This document shows, piece after piece, positions 11,575 to 25,257 of a DNA stretch of 64,000 nt. The stretch comes from Phyllosticta citribraziliensis (Eukaryota): the NCBI RefSeq assembly GCF_038025025.1, contig NW_027117342.1, positions 186,001 through 250,000 of the forward strand, in the 5' to 3' direction. The first letter of the stretch is position 1, and every line of letters starts with the position of its first letter. The position numbers were made by a program, and so were the translations under genes. The notes beneath the pieces were generated by a model. It made no database searches. It was not told the DNA's origin and saw only the letters and a list, made by a program, of their open reading frames with translations.

Positions 11575-14500
11575 ATGAGCAAACGCGTTGCGGCCACAGT
11601 CGATGGAGAGCCGCAGGCTGAAAAGCGCCAGCCCAAGCGCCCCAAGCTGGACACCCCTAGAGGACCTCCGCCCAAAGCCGAGGAAATTGTTTCTAGCAGA
11701 CAGCTCCAGCAGCTACTCACTTTCCAGCAGGGCGCCAATCAAGAGCTGAGAAATGGTGAGTAGCAGTCCATGTCTACCGTTATGTGCTAATTGTTTCAGG
11801 CATCTTCAGCTTCAAAAAATTCCTCGAATCCATCCTCTACCCCACCGAAGACTCTACCGGCCGGCAAAGAGCCATCCTCAAAGACTTTTTGGACACGCAA
11901 ACACCCCGAATCATAGACAATGACTCTCCATTTCTCTCCAATGTCATGCAAACGTGGAGCTATGCGTCCCAGTCGGACAATGACCAGCTTCTCTCCGCCG
12001 TTGTCGCTGTGCTTGCGCTGCTTCTGAAGACGCTGTCTAGCCACATAGATTTTCGCGAACAGGGCACCCAACTTTGCCGCACAATACTCCAAATCCCACA
12101 GCTCAAGCTGCTGGCGCGCGGTCTCAACGCCCCCAAGCACAAGGAAAGCGTCATCTCGCCGTGTCTTCGGCTCTTGACAGAGATTGTTTGCTTTGACGGC
12201 GGCACTCTCGCAAAACAAGTCTACTCGAAGCGAGACTTGACCTTCGACGCCAAAGTATTGGCTCGCAATCTCGGTCTCTGGAAAGCTTCTGGAAGCCCCG
12301 AAAAGGACAGAAAGCGGCCGTCCGTCCGCACAAATGCCGTCAAATATGTTTTGTCGCATTTGAGGATCCAAGACGAGGGCGTCAAGATTGACATTTTGAA
12401 GCAAGTCATTGTAATCAGAGCGCTGTTCGATCATATCAGAGAAGACTCGCCAGAGGTTGCGTCGGAGATTCTGCAGGTGGTCAAGTCGCACGTCATATCC
12501 GACAGAGAGATACCAAAATCGAGCAAGAGTTTCATGCTCACGGACCGGGCCCTGTCAAACATCGCATCGCTGTACCGGGTGGAACAGAACTCGGAAGAAG
12601 AGGCAAATTCCAAGTCCATTGACATTGTGGCACATCAGTTCCTGCTCCACGTCTGCACTGTGCCAGAGGCTGGTGTAGTGCATCCGTCCTCGGGCTGGTA
12701 TCCGCCGGGCACCGACAAGGACGGCGAGAGGGGCGATCAAGAGGATCTGGACAGCATAGACTTGGGATTGGATTCTCTCGAATGGTACGAGCGATACCGG
12801 GGAAGAGTCGTCATCAGAAACACCACGCTTGCCAACTTTGTCCAAGTGCTTCGACCGTACGCCAACAAGCTCGAGCAAGAGCTACTTCTGGACATCTTCG
12901 AAGCCGTTCCAGAGATTGTGGCAGACTACTTTTTCAAAAAGAACAACTTCACATTCGACCCCAAGCTCACCGCCACCTGGATTGGATACTCGTCATTCCT
13001 CTTCTCCGCCGTCCATTTGCCGACACCCAAACACTTTGGCCGCAAAGATGGCTATGCGAGCGTGCCACCTCCCGCTTCGATTGCGATTGAGAGTATTTTG
13101 CCACAACCTTTGACACAAAAGGTTCTCACAAAGTGTCTGAATCAGAACGCCGACCTCATTACCTTTTTCGTCATTCGTCTGCTCACGGTGGCTTTCCAAA
13201 AGCTGGACAAGACCCTGCAAGAGTTTAGAAAGGCATCTTCCCGGTTCTCTCATTCGCTGTGGGACCAGGCAGCAGAGCGACTCGTCAACGAGTTCCGTCA
13301 ACGCTGCCCCAAGATGAAGGACGTCATCTCTTCATTCCGCAGTATTCCCCACGACCACCTTATACAGCGAGAAGCAGTCACGAGGTTATTGTCCATGTAC
13401 TATGTCTTACTCCCGCAAGTCGCGCTGGATGAAAAGTTTGACATTTCGTTGCCACTAACAAACATGCTCAAGACGCTGGAAGAGGAGGCTGGCTCAGATG
13501 AAGACCGCGAGATTCGGCTTTTGGAGCTGAGCCACCTGGTTCAAATTGCTCGCAACTCTCCCGACATGCGCTGGTGGCAAAAACCAGAGAGCCTGCAGTT
13601 TTCACCCTTTACATCCGTGCTTAAAGTGCTCGTGTCGTCGGGTGACGGAGCTTCATCACAATCCATTGCTCAGCTGCTGGTATCAGTAGTCAGGGACAAC
13701 TCCATTCTTCAGCTCGAATCGCGACCCTCATCTTTCGATGCTCTGGTGGCAAGTCTTCGGCTACCCGAGCAAAAGATTTCGGAAAATGCCGTGTTCAAGT
13801 TCTTGGACGAATGTTTTGGTCGCTTCGTAAGGAAGCCACTCAAATACCAGGATGATCTTGAAGCTCTTGCGGCTGAAAATCTCTCCAACTGCAGTCTGTT
13901 CCTCGCAACCGTGTTGGAGCAGTGGCCCTTTGTCGTCAAAACAAAAGGCGACGACGCAAGATTTGTTGCAGAATGGGCCTCTCGCTTCCTCTCGCTGCTG
14001 AAAAAGGTTGGCGAAGATGGGAAGTTGCTTCAAACGGTGCTTGACGGTCTGCTCAAGGATTCGAAAGGAGAATCGTGGCAGAAAGTCCTCTCCAACGCTC
14101 TCGAGTCTGATTCGGTCGAGGTTATGCCTTTGGCAGAGGATGTGATAGAGCAGGAGGGCGGCGTAGATGTTGTCGCAAATGGAACCGAAGATGTGGGAGT
14201 CTCTCTCGAGCTGCCGCCGGAGGAAGACCAAAATCACCCCGGCCTACACCGGTGGATCCAAAAAGAGGTCGATGAGGCCGTGGACGACGGGAACATTGGC
14301 GACCTCTTGCTGTGTCTCTGCTCAACCCACGTCGCCATTCGCAAGCAGGCTTTGAGCAACGTTCAGAAGCTCATGGCCAAAGTTCAGGTTTGTATTCCTT
14401 TTCACTTAGAAGCAAAGCTGACTCTAGTAGGCATCGACTCACGAGGAAAGCGAACTTCTCTACCTTTTGCTCGGTGAAGTCGTCGAGACTAGCCGACCCG

Positions 14501-15081
14501 TAATCGACAATAAGCCCCTGCCATACATTGCAGGCTCCTTTGCGGCCGATGCAGTTGGGATTATCGCTGATCCAGCACACATCATGTACCCGAAAGTCGC
14601 CGCGTTCTTGACCAAGGGACCTTCGTGGAAGATTCCGCGGTTGCCGTCGTACTGGGCTGAAAAGACGCTTCTCAATCCTCCAGAGGGCGACGACGATGCA
14701 TATTGGCAAGAAGCGAGTTGGCTCCTGAGCTATTTCCTTGAGGGGCTGCGGACGGCGGAGGACATGGAAATTTTCCGCGCTCGCGGGATATTTGAGCGTG
14801 TTTTGGCCCTCTACAGCCAACCAGACGCTAGAAGGGAGACCAAGGAAAAGATCTTGCGATTGTGTTTCCGGGCAGCTGCTGTGGACGGAAGCACAACGCT
14901 CATCACGAGAAGCGGCATCGTGAGCTGGATCAGGATCCACACTGCAGACCCCAAAAGCGACAAGACTGTGCTAAGGCGGCTTTTGGAGCGGCTGTGGGAG
15001 ACGTGCGACCGAGCCAAGGTTTTTGAATGGAGTGGTGGCGGTGTTGAAAAGGAGGTACAAAAGATGTTGGCCGAGCATTGA
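11575..15081 (+). CDS. URB1: Nucleolar pre-ribosomal-associated protein 1 (60S biogenesis); exons 11575-11755, 11800-14387, 14431-15081
   Basis: Npa1 N-terminal region (ISPCLRLLTEIVCFDGG, RPSVRTNAVKY, FDPKLTATWIGYS) and C-terminal DPAHIMYPKV..FL; short GT-AG introns restore the frame. Confidence 0.88.
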
Positions 15082-15535
15082 CGCAGCCAACACAATGGAT
15101 TATCTCTGGTCACCGAGTGGGTCGCTACGTTGGTTCTCCGCGGTCCAATTGCACGCGAACAACAGTTTGCGTCCTGCACGCAAGCAAATCGGGAACCAGG
15201 AGAGCCAATGACGTCGTGACGCGGTGACTGCCAAACACCACGTGGAGTTGTGCAATTCACTTGCATCTTCGAGCGTCGAGTTTCTTCACTAAAACTTTAC
15301 CTCAATATAGCAAATTTTGGAATATACTCCCTCATATTGAGAATCCTCATCTCAAGATTCCTGTAACCTTGACTGCAACCCTGCGAGGACCTCAAGCGAC
15401 AGGTCCGCTCATGGGGGCGCGTCCAATGAGACACGCATCGAGCAGAGCTACAATCGCCATCCCATGCGGCACCACGTGGTTTATTAGGCTTTAAAAAGAT
15501 ACCCCGCATGATCAGGTCTGTCCCAGAGATGCTTC

Positions 15536-16961
15536 ATGAGCAACATCTTCGCCATGGCAATGGAGTTTTCAATCAGCAGTATCTCCTGGAGCCTGAGGCG
15601 GGACTGTGAGCAGTATCAGTGACTCACGCCTCTCTTGCTGACTCGATACAGGCAAGGAGTTCGCTCCACAGCTGGTTCAGCAAGGTGGGTGGAATACATA
15701 CCATCAGTAAAGTAGCTGACTTTTTCTAGTCGAAGCTCTCCACATTGCCTCGCGTGACTTTGAAGACGCGAGCTTCCTCCCCCAACCCGACACGCCGCTG
15801 AGGACGGGCTATGAACTACTCGTTGGCCGCTGCTATGCCAATCTTCAGGAACTCGAGGGCCTCGTCAATTATCGGAGACAGAGTTTGCGGCGCGGCGATG
15901 CAGTCGCGGCAGAAAGCACTGCGGTTCCTCTGCAGAGGCTCATGTCCAAGCTGTTGGAGAATGCGCAGGCATACAGAGGGCTTCAGGAGGCCATCGAGGC
16001 TGCAGCTCGCCCATTAGAGCATCCCGGAGTCGCGAGTCCACCATTGTCGCCACAAGTCCAAGCGACTACTGCCAATATCCCAGTATCGCCTCAGGAATCA
16101 CCTATGCGGCTTCAGCCGTACGCAGAGACGGTCGTGGATAGCGAAGACGAGCCTTTTGAAATAGTTGTCCCCGCCGAGACCGAGCCTACATCACCTGTTT
16201 CGCCTGTCCAAAAGCACGAGGGACCGAATCCAGCCAGGGAGCGTTCGACTGCCTCTCAGCGCAATGCCATTCGCAATGATATGACCAAGACAAGTCAAAA
16301 TTCAACCACCGAGAGGCAGGAGAGATCAGGCCCTCGTGCAACGCGGCGAGATGAGCCTAGGCAGCGTCCTCGGCGAAAAGTGACGAGCGACAGCCAATCC
16401 ACATGGAGTTCTGCAGCAGAGTGCGGCAGTGTCGAAGAGCTGTCCAACGAACCGCCGACCGACCATCGCAGACGCCTAGCTAGGCGGGCAAAGAACAAGG
16501 AAAAGTCGACCCAGGAACTCCACGCAGAGATTCGTCGCGAAGAGGCGGCCCAGCATACCAGATTTCAACAGCCGCTTGACAACTGGCAGCCAGGCCGCTC
16601 ATGGTTCCCGCCGCCAACGGCAACATACTCGCTACCGCAGCAGTTCCAAGCACCGTCGCCGTACCTCGACAGCTCCGCGTTGAACCCAGGCTTCGCCGGC
16701 ATGCCATACCCGTACCAGTACGCAGCACAGTACACGGCATATCCTTTTCGGCCAGGCTACCCGACGGCGGCTGGGTGGCAGAATACTTACCAACAGCATC
16801 CTTACCCTCCACCAGGGTCGCCTGCGCCACCAACGTCTGTGTATAATCCGGCGCCAAACTCGGGAGCGAAAGGGCGGTGTAATTGCGCGAGCAGGCCGGA
16901 GTCCGAGCGGGTGTTTTATGTTGACGAAAAAGGGACCTGTCACGTTTGTTTGCACTGGTAG
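15536..16961 (+). CDS. Hypothetical protein: fungal N-terminal helical (SesA/HeLo-like) region, P/Q/Y-rich linker, C-terminal CxC...CxxC; exons 15536-15605, 15652-15684, 15730-16961
   Basis: Two GT..CTGAC..AG introns join MSNIFAMAMEFSISSISWSLRRDCKEFAPQLVQQVEALHIASRDFED in frame to the 15885 ORF; the domain call is by pattern resemblance only. Confidence 0.65.
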
Positions 16962-17467
16962 AGACAGTTGTTTGTAGAAGCAAAGCGTTGGAGCGACGGG
17001 ATGCCTCAGGCTGCAGCCAATGACTCGAGTGCCAAGGCTTGACATGTTTGCGGGAGCTCCTCCTCTCCCACCGACGCAACCTGAACCCACCACCAAAGCC
17101 GACAACCTCACCAACTCACCTCCCACGGCCTCCCGAAACCCTCGCTCCTCGCTCACCCACAATCCCACACACCTCCCACTCACCACCAATTGCATTTCGC
17201 TGAGGCTCTGTGCCTCCCCCTCGCTCACCGCCCACCGCCCTCCGCAACACCTCGCGACTGCGTGCCACAGCACCTCCCGACTCCCCGTTACCGGCGCACA
17301 GCAAACCCTCATCGACGTTGTTCACATCTTCTGACCTGCCGTCTTCTCTGCTGCCTCAACCCACCGACGTCACTTGTTCCCGAACGCCGTCACATTGTAC
17401 GCTTCTTCGCCTCTCCCAACAAGCTCACATCTCGACGAGCGCCCTCTGTGGGAGCTCGTCCCACGTC

Positions 17468-20049
17468 ATGCCGGTCGAGATTGTCCGCTACACCAAGGAG
17501 CAGCTGCTCCACTTGAAAGATTCGCCTTTGGTGCACAAGCCCGACGGTCTCCCCTCGATTGAACAATGGATGGAGTACGTGGTCCCTCTCGCCTTGCCCG
17601 TGGCACTGACCTGACACGTTTGTAGCGTTCCGCAAGAGCAGCAAACCACGCAGCGCAAAGGCCGCACACAGAGCGGTCGCGGCGACGACCAAACGGCAAG
17701 CCAAGAAAATGGCGCCCAGCGTTCGCTGTTCCCTGGAAAGCACTTGACCAGACACTCTAGCACAGGTGCGTCCTGCCGATTCCCGTCCTGCCGACGAGCT
17801 AACACGTTGCAGCGCCCGAAGACATTGTGCTTGGACCGCCCAAGACTGCCTTTGCGTCGTCGTCGCGCGTCGCCAAGCTGTCCGACCTGAGCGAAAAGGA
17901 CGACGAAGCGACGGCCGAGCGCGTCAACATCCGCGACAAGTTTTTCAAAGAACGCGAGAGCGAGCGCAGCAAGAACGGCACCGTCAACGGCCGCCGCGCG
18001 AATCGCGAAGAAGGTGAGGGTTGGACCAATGTGCGGGGGCGTAGGACGTCGTTTGCAGAAGACGGCGTTGAGCGCCCGCCGCGCATGGGACGCTTCACCC
18101 GCGACGCCGCCGATGGCGAAGAGACGACACCTCGCCGCAAAAAGTTTGAGCAACCATGGGGACGCGACAGTGCTGAAAAGGAGGGCGAAACTTCGCACAA
18201 GAGCTGGCGCGATCGTCGCGACGACCGCTGGACCCGCGGCAACGAGCGCGTCGAAGAAGATCCGGAGTGGATTGATGCAGCGCCGAAGAGAAAGGATGAC
18301 GTTGGCATGGGGCGCTTCGCCCGCACCAAGGGCCCTGAATGGCTCAATGACGACCCCAAGGACGACAAAAAGGTCCACACGCAAGAAGACTTTCAGCGTT
18401 GGAAGGAGAGAATGAAAGCTGGCGCTGCGGTGGCAGAAGATAAGGAAAACACGCCGGAACCCCCGTCGGCCAAGGACACGCCAGTCTCGTCGAAGCCCAT
18501 CACTCCCATGGTCATCGAGGGCAAGGATATGTTTGGCATGTGGGGCGCCGCTGCGGTCAAGCAGTCTGAAGCCCCTTCGACTACCGAAGGGGCGCCTGTG
18601 CCTAAGAACAAGCCGCCGCAAAAGTCGTCCAAGTTTGCCAAGTTGTTCACCCCGCAGGAGGAGCAGATGCCGCCCCAGCCTCCCCCGGTAGAGCAACAGC
18701 AGCCGCCGCCAATGAGCCAGGCCCCAGCCGATTCCAACGAGGACAAGGAGGGATTCCAGCGCATCTTGAACTTGCTGAGCAATTCGAGCATCAGCCAGGG
18801 TCAACAATCCCCTGCACCCAATGGCCGGAGCCAAGGCACACCTGACCGCAATACCATTCACGCGCAGCCACAGCCGACTCGTCACCACATGCTGAGGTCG
18901 CGCGAAGAAAAGGCTGGCTTCATCGAGTCTGTCCTGTCTCGTGGCACGCCAACGGATTTCAAGGGGCCCCAGGGTGCCTTTGGTCCTTTCTCGCCGGCCA
19001 CCGACCCCGGACAGGAGCAGCCAGTCCGTCCGGAGAGCATCCGTTCTGGCGAAGAGCGTCTGGGACCCGCAACTCCCAACAGCAATGGCATGCATCAATT
19101 TGGCATGATGGGAACCCAGGCCCCGCCTCCGCCGGCCCAGCTCTCGCGTGATAGAGAGTTCTTGCTTAACTTGATGACTGGCCCACAGCGCAGCACGCCT
19201 CCTCAGCCCACTCAAGCTCGCCCGCCTCCTCCTCCCGACATGTTTGCTGGTGCGTTCATGGACAAAAAGGTGCCGCCATTCATGGAAAACCCTGTCATGG
19301 GGCCCCCGCAGCCTCCTCGAGGCAATCCTCCTCCCGGTCTATTTGAGGAACGCCAGTTTCCGGAAAATGACGTTCGCTATCAACCCCAGCCGCCTCGTCG
19401 GATGCCTGAGAACCCCGAAATCGAAAATGCCATGCGCCGTGCCAGTCGCTTCAACCTACCTATCCACCTCGATGACCCCGCAATTGCCCACATCCAGCGT
19501 CGCAACACAGCCGACGGCGGTATGCCCAGGAACCAGCCTCACAACATGGGCATTCCGCAACAGCCGCCACCTGACCAGCTGTGGACTATGAAGCCGCCTG
19601 GTCTGCAGCAGCCTCAAGAGCGACCTCCCGCATCCATGGCTCCTCCTCCTGGCTTCCCTGCTCCCAACGCCAATCCCCAGATTCGCGGACCTCCTGGCTT
19701 TGTTCCCGGCCCTGCCAACATGGGCTTACCGCCGCCATTCAGCGCTGGCAACACTCCTCTCGGCCACCCCGGCATGCAAGTGCAGCGCGGTCCCGGCCCG
19801 GCAGCCATGTTCCCTGGCCAGGGTCCGCCGCCTGGTTACTTTGCGCCTCCACCTCCTGGTCCGCCTCCTGGATTTGGCCCCGGTCCCGGTCCCATGGGTC
19901 TTGGTATGGGAGGTCCTCAAGGACAAGATATGATGGGCATGCGCGCGGGCGGCCCGCCTCCGGGCATGGCGCGCCCGCCAAACGGCTTTGACATGTTTGA
20001 TCGGTCTCTTGGACGCGGTCAGGGCAAGGGCGGCTCGTACCGCCTCTAA
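17468..20049 (+). CDS. eIF4E-binding protein of the Eap1/4E-T type; exons 17468-17574, 17626-17765, 17813-20049
   Basis: N-terminal YxxxxLphi motif (RYTKEQLLHLKDSPLVHKPDGLP), EEDPEW, HTQEDFQRWKERMK, SSKFAKLF, Pro/Gly-rich tail with PPG-phi repeats. Confidence 0.75.
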
Positions 20050-21580
20050 AACGGGGTCGACGTTTCATTTCCATTTGCCGGCCGGCTTGCTGCTAGCCAG
20101 CGAGATACGACCTGATCAGATGAATCATCTGTTGCTGTTCTTGAGTAGTTTTCTGGTCATGCATGCACACGTTTCTGACACGACACGTCATGGCATTAGG
20201 ATGATGGGGTGGGGTGGGTCTTTGCCGCCACCGAGTGCTACAGGATTAACTGGGGGGACAAGGCATCATCATCAGCGGTCATGGATTTCGGCCTGTTTTT
20301 GCGTCTTGTTCGTCCGTCTGCCCCTTCTTTACGAAGCCTTAATCATCATCATTATCTTCATCATCATCTTGCCCAGGCCTCTTTCTTGCACTTTTTTTCC
20401 TTCCTTCTTCAACTCCTTTCATCTGTCTGGGTACTCGAGCGAGGGAGTGAATGGTTGATTGGTGGGCAGGTCGGTGGGAGGGCGGGCTAGTGGGTGCGTG
20501 GGTTGAAAATGGCGGGCAGTGCCTCTTTTTGTGTTTTTTTCCCTCTTACGGAGCGTTGACCATGGTTCAACTTTTCCCCCTTCTTCTTCTTCTTCTTCTC
20601 CGCCTGCGTAGCGTTTCAACCCATTTCTCTCCGCCCTCCGACCTTTTCTTTTTCTCCTTTTTTCCAACTGCAGGGCGGGAGGCCTCGGCTGGTCTGGTCT
20701 GGGCTGGTCTGGGCTGGCATCTGGATTTTTTGATGACTGAGTGACACTTGACTCTTGTTTCTTTCTCTTTCTCGAAGAAAATCTTCTCTGTTGCAACTCT
20801 TCTGCGTGTAATGTACGCGTGGTGTGGTATGGTTTGGTCTCTCCTCCTTGACTCCCGCCTCCTCTTGACCCCTCCCACCCTCAAAAAAAATCTCCTCTTT
20901 CGCTGCTGCTTTCTGTCATTGGTTTCTCCTTTTTTTCTTTCTTGCTTTTGGTATGCCAGGATGGCGAAATGGCTCGTTGGCATGCATAGCAGCTAGACTG
21001 CGTCTTGTCGAAATTGCCTGCCTGCCTGTCTGCCTCCCCCTCTGTCTACTGCTGCCCTAGTCTGGCCGCTCGTCTCTTTTGTTTTTTCCCAATTTTTACC
21101 CTTTCCCTTCGTGTGCATTACTATTTTCTGCATCCCCGCTTTCTCCTCTTCTCTCTCGCTGGCGCGTCAGTCCATCTGTCTGTTTTTCTATCTGCGTGGG
21201 TGGGCTGGGAAGTTTTCTGCGCGTGTATGTGTCCGCGTCAGGAGAGGGGGCAAAAAGAATATCTGGTCTGGTCTAGTCTGTTCCGGTCTGGTCTGTCCGT
21301 CTGCCTGCTCCGCGCCGTGCTCTGCTGTGGTACGCCGCGCGCTGTGAGGTACGCTCGTCTGCTGCTTCTAGATGCTCCCTCATTGCACACATCAACCGAC
21401 TCTTCGCTTCGCTCGGTCGTTTTAAGTATTACTTTTGTCGCTTGTTGGAGATTCTTTGACTGACTGCAGGAGGTAGACGGATATGATGGACCGGTGGACG
21501 GATGGACGAAGTGGCAGACGGACAGATAGTCAGAGGGATGAGTAGGCCGTTACAATCAGTCGGAAGGGGACTTGGAGACG

Positions 21581-21603
21581 TGCTTGCTTGCTTGCTTGCT
21601 TGC
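21581..21603 (+). repeat. (TGCT)n microsatellite
   Basis: tgcttgcttgcttgcttgcttgc. Confidence 0.8.
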
Positions 21604-22466
21604 ATCATTCACGCAACGACAGAGCCATACCAGCTTCTCTTTCTCCTTCTCTTCTCTTTCGAGTAGACGAAGCGGGAGGCCAGCGACAGCGGCAGTGTGC
21701 TGTCGAATTGCGTGGTCTAGCTAGCTGTATGCATGCCGGAAGATGACAGGCTGGTAGGGTGGTAGGATGGGACGAGACGAGTGGAGGCGGGGGGCGAGGG
21801 GCGAAGAGACAATTGGGGTTGGATTGAGTGGGAAAAGGTCGGTCATGCCGCGCGCTTGCCGTGTACCTACCTATGTATACAGGCAGGAAGGCCATGAATG
21901 AATGGGTGAAATGACAAAAGTTAGCCAGGTGGATGAAACGACAGGGTGTTTTGCAACCGTCGGTGCAGTTTGCATATTCACATCCACACGCAACGACTTT
22001 TCAGGAGACCAGAGCAGACGCCAGACGACATCAGAAACGGATATCAAAGGAAGGCCGAAAAGGAAAGGAAACAGCAATTGGAAAAGTTCAATTTTCATTC
22101 TCTTTCTTCTCTCGTCTCTTTTCTTTCCATCTAGCGCTCTAAAACGTACGAACCAACCAACCGACCGACTGACCGAACAATCAATCCAAAACTATCATCA
22201 AGCTACCACGACGACGACGACTACTGCTCCTCCGCCTTGTTTATGTGTACAATTACGCACTCCCAGCCATCAACCAATGCTTTCTTTCGCTTTCAACAGA
22301 AGAGAGGACGACGACGCTGATATGCCCGCTTGCTGACGACGACGACGACTACGGCTTCTACTGAGCACAAGGGACGAGGGACGGGGGGGGACGAAAAATA
22401 GGCCATCAACTAATCAATCAGCCGCCCGCCCGACGGGCAGGCCAGTCCACGAAAAAGGGGGGTTTC

Positions 22467-24667
22467 TTAAAAGTTCATGAGATCTGCGACGAGCAAGGTG
22501 ATCAGTAAAGAGGCCAAACAAGCAGGGAAGGGAGGGAGATAAGACGACGTACCTCTTCCAAACAGCGCCCTCTTGGACCAATCCATGGCCAGCAAGATGC
22601 GGGTGCGCAAACTGACGCTCTGCGCGAAATAGACGCTGCGCCACAAGTAGACGGCGAGCAGGCCGCCCGAGAAGTTCAAGCCGTTGATGTCGAAAACGGC
22701 CGCGTTGCCAATGTAGGCGAGGGAGCCGAGGTGTCGGTACTCGAACGCGCGGTACACGGCCTCGTCGAGGTCGCCGTAGTCGACGTGATTCAGCGCCAGC
22801 CCGGGCGCCGCCCGCGCAATGGCGTTGAACTTGCGCGCCAGGTACTGGCCCTGCTGGTGCGCGCGCTGCGCCGTCGCCGGCAGCGACGTGAGCTTCGAGT
22901 CGATCTGCCGCAGCAGCTCGTGCAGCTCGCCAAAGTCGAGCGTCCCGCTGCGGTCCTTGTCGTACTCTGCGAACAACCGGTCCAGGCGCCGCAGGTGGTC
23001 CGCTGCTTGCGGGAAGCGTGCCTTTACCCGCTTGGCGACTTGCCGCCAGTCGGAGAAGGAGATTTGCATGTCCTCGGGGCTCTTGCCCTTTTCCCAGGCC
23101 AGCGTGCGGAGGAAAGTGACGATGTGGTCGGAGACGTTGTTTTGCACTGTGCCGGCGTCACCAATGCAGTAGACGTCGCCCATCGGCGCGCCGACCAGGC
23201 GGAGGTGAGCGTCAGTCTCGAGGGCGTGCTTGTTGTGCTGTCCGTCTAGCTTCTTTGCGAGCTTCTTGCAGAATTCCGTTTGAGCGACACCGGTCGACCA
23301 CAGACAAAAGCCCATTGGGAGTTCTTTAATGACCAAGTTTCCTTGATCGTCCTTTTGGGTGAATAGAATCTTGTCCGACTGGACCTCTTTTACCCTCGAG
23401 TTTGTGAGAACGTCGACTTGGTCTTTTGCGAATCGGGCCTGCTTCTGTCAGTATGTTGGTGCGGAAGCTTTCAAATCCAACCCACCTCTGCATATCTCGA
23501 GAGCGCCTCGTCGTACGTGTTCAAAATGTGACCTCTGCTCTGGATGACGTGGACCGAGATTTCAGAGCGCAGAATCTTGGGGAAGAAACAGGTGAGGTCC
23601 TCGTTGAGCATATCGTACAGTTCGGCGGCGAATTCGACGCCGGTAGGACCGCCACCACAAATGACAAAGGACAACAGGCGGCGGCGCTCCTCATCGCTGG
23701 TGGTGGGCAAGACTGCCGTCTCCAAATTCCGAATCACCGAGTTTCTGATCAGGCGGGCATCTGTAATGTCCTTCAAGAAATGGCAGTGCTCCAGACCAGT
23801 GACACCATGAGGGTTCGTAACGGATCCAACACCGACGACGAGTTTGTCATACGGAAGGTAGAAGCTGTGGTCTTTTCCGTCGGGGCCGGTACCCGTAATC
23901 TCGACGAGCTTTTCCGAGAACTCTACATCTTGAGCCTTGCCCTTGATGAAATGTCCATTCTTGCTCGCGATGATGCGGCGGACAGGCTCAACCAGCGAGC
24001 GGAGTTCCAGAGTGCCGACGGTGGCGGAAGGAAGCATAGGGGTGAAGAGAAAGTAGTTGGAGGGCGAGACAATGGTGATGTGGTAGTCATCCGGGTTGAG
24101 GCCTTTGAGCAGTGCTATGCTCCCCCACCCTGTGCCCAAAATGACCAGCTTCGGTTTGTGTTTGGACTCCTTTTTCTCTTCGCTGTCATCGTCATCGACC
24201 AAGTGTTCAGCGATAGGAAGGTTCTTGGGTCCTCCGCGACGGGGGTTCAATGCGAGCTCCGATACCTCGAGGTCCTCCAGGAAAGGCCCTTCCTTGTAGG
24301 TGGTTGCGTCATAAATGAAGAATCCCACGACGAGACCGGCAGAGACGACGGTAAAGATTCCAACCCAAGCAGCAGTCTTGTATATGATTCTCAGGGAAGC
24401 GGGCAACTTGGCGCCCGGTTTTGCGGTCGAGTCGGTGGTTATGGGATTGCTGAAGAAGTTGGGCACCTTGTTCCTGCCGGTGATGGTCGGTCGTGCGACG
24501 GAGGAGAGGACTTGGGGAGCTCGGCGGGAGCCATTGGGAGCCTTGTCCGAGGCGCAGCGCACGCTTTGGAAGGTCGAAGAGGTTGGAGACGGCCTGGCGG
24601 CGATTCCAGGAGGTTTCAGACAGGTGGGAGCCCTCGTGCGCGCTTTGAGAGCTTGCAAGCGCAGCAT
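22467..24667 (-). CDS. Mitochondrial alternative (type II) NAD(P)H dehydrogenase with EF-hand (NDE1/64 kDa type); exons 24667-23486, 23438-22553, 22483-22467
   Basis: Basic presequence, TM helix, LVILGTGWG, NYFLFTPMLPS, ICGGGPTGVEFAAEL, EF-hand DKDRSGTLDFGEL, LPATAQRAHQQG, YLWRSVY. Confidence 0.92.
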
Positions 24668-25257
24668 CTCGAAGCTGTGGGTGGTAGCAAGAGCCGGGGC
24701 GGTGCGGGCGGCCAGGAGTGAAAAAGTGGCCCAATTGCACGGGATTGTAGGTAGCTAGAGCATAGGGCGGGAGGAGGAGGATGTGGGAGGGTGTGGATAG
24801 TGGTGGTGTTTTTCGAGTCGAGCACAGAGGTCTACTGGGATTGGATGTCGGGCTCGGGGTGACGTACCCGCGCGCAAGGAGCTCCGACGCCCGAAATCGG
24901 CATCGGCTCGGTCCTCTCACTGGCTGTCGGCCCCAATATTTATCAATCCGGATCTCAAATTTTATCTGATCCGCTTCCTCTTGGGAAGACGGGCCACTGC
25001 TACGCCTCCTGATTGTCCACTGCTGAGGAACCCCCGATACTGGCATTGGAGGGACCTTGACAAACAGGAGCATTCGTTACGTGGCGACATTCAAAATGTT
25101 CCGAGAGGGACACCTCCACATGTATCGACGAGGGATTCTCCGATTTATTCCCGCCGGTGATGCTTGAGGCATATTTTTTCAGGTTCCTTTCGAGAGGGAC
25201 ATTATTCGGCTGCTGACTTCTCTTGCTCGTGAAGCGGCATGTTCCTTTCCTGGGACC

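Noticed and set aside
17488..19215. Long antisense or alternative-frame ORFs (e.g. 17488-19215, 23426-24721, 27803-29014, 34135-35274, 41883-43076)
   Set aside because: Shadow ORFs caused by GC-rich codon use in real genes
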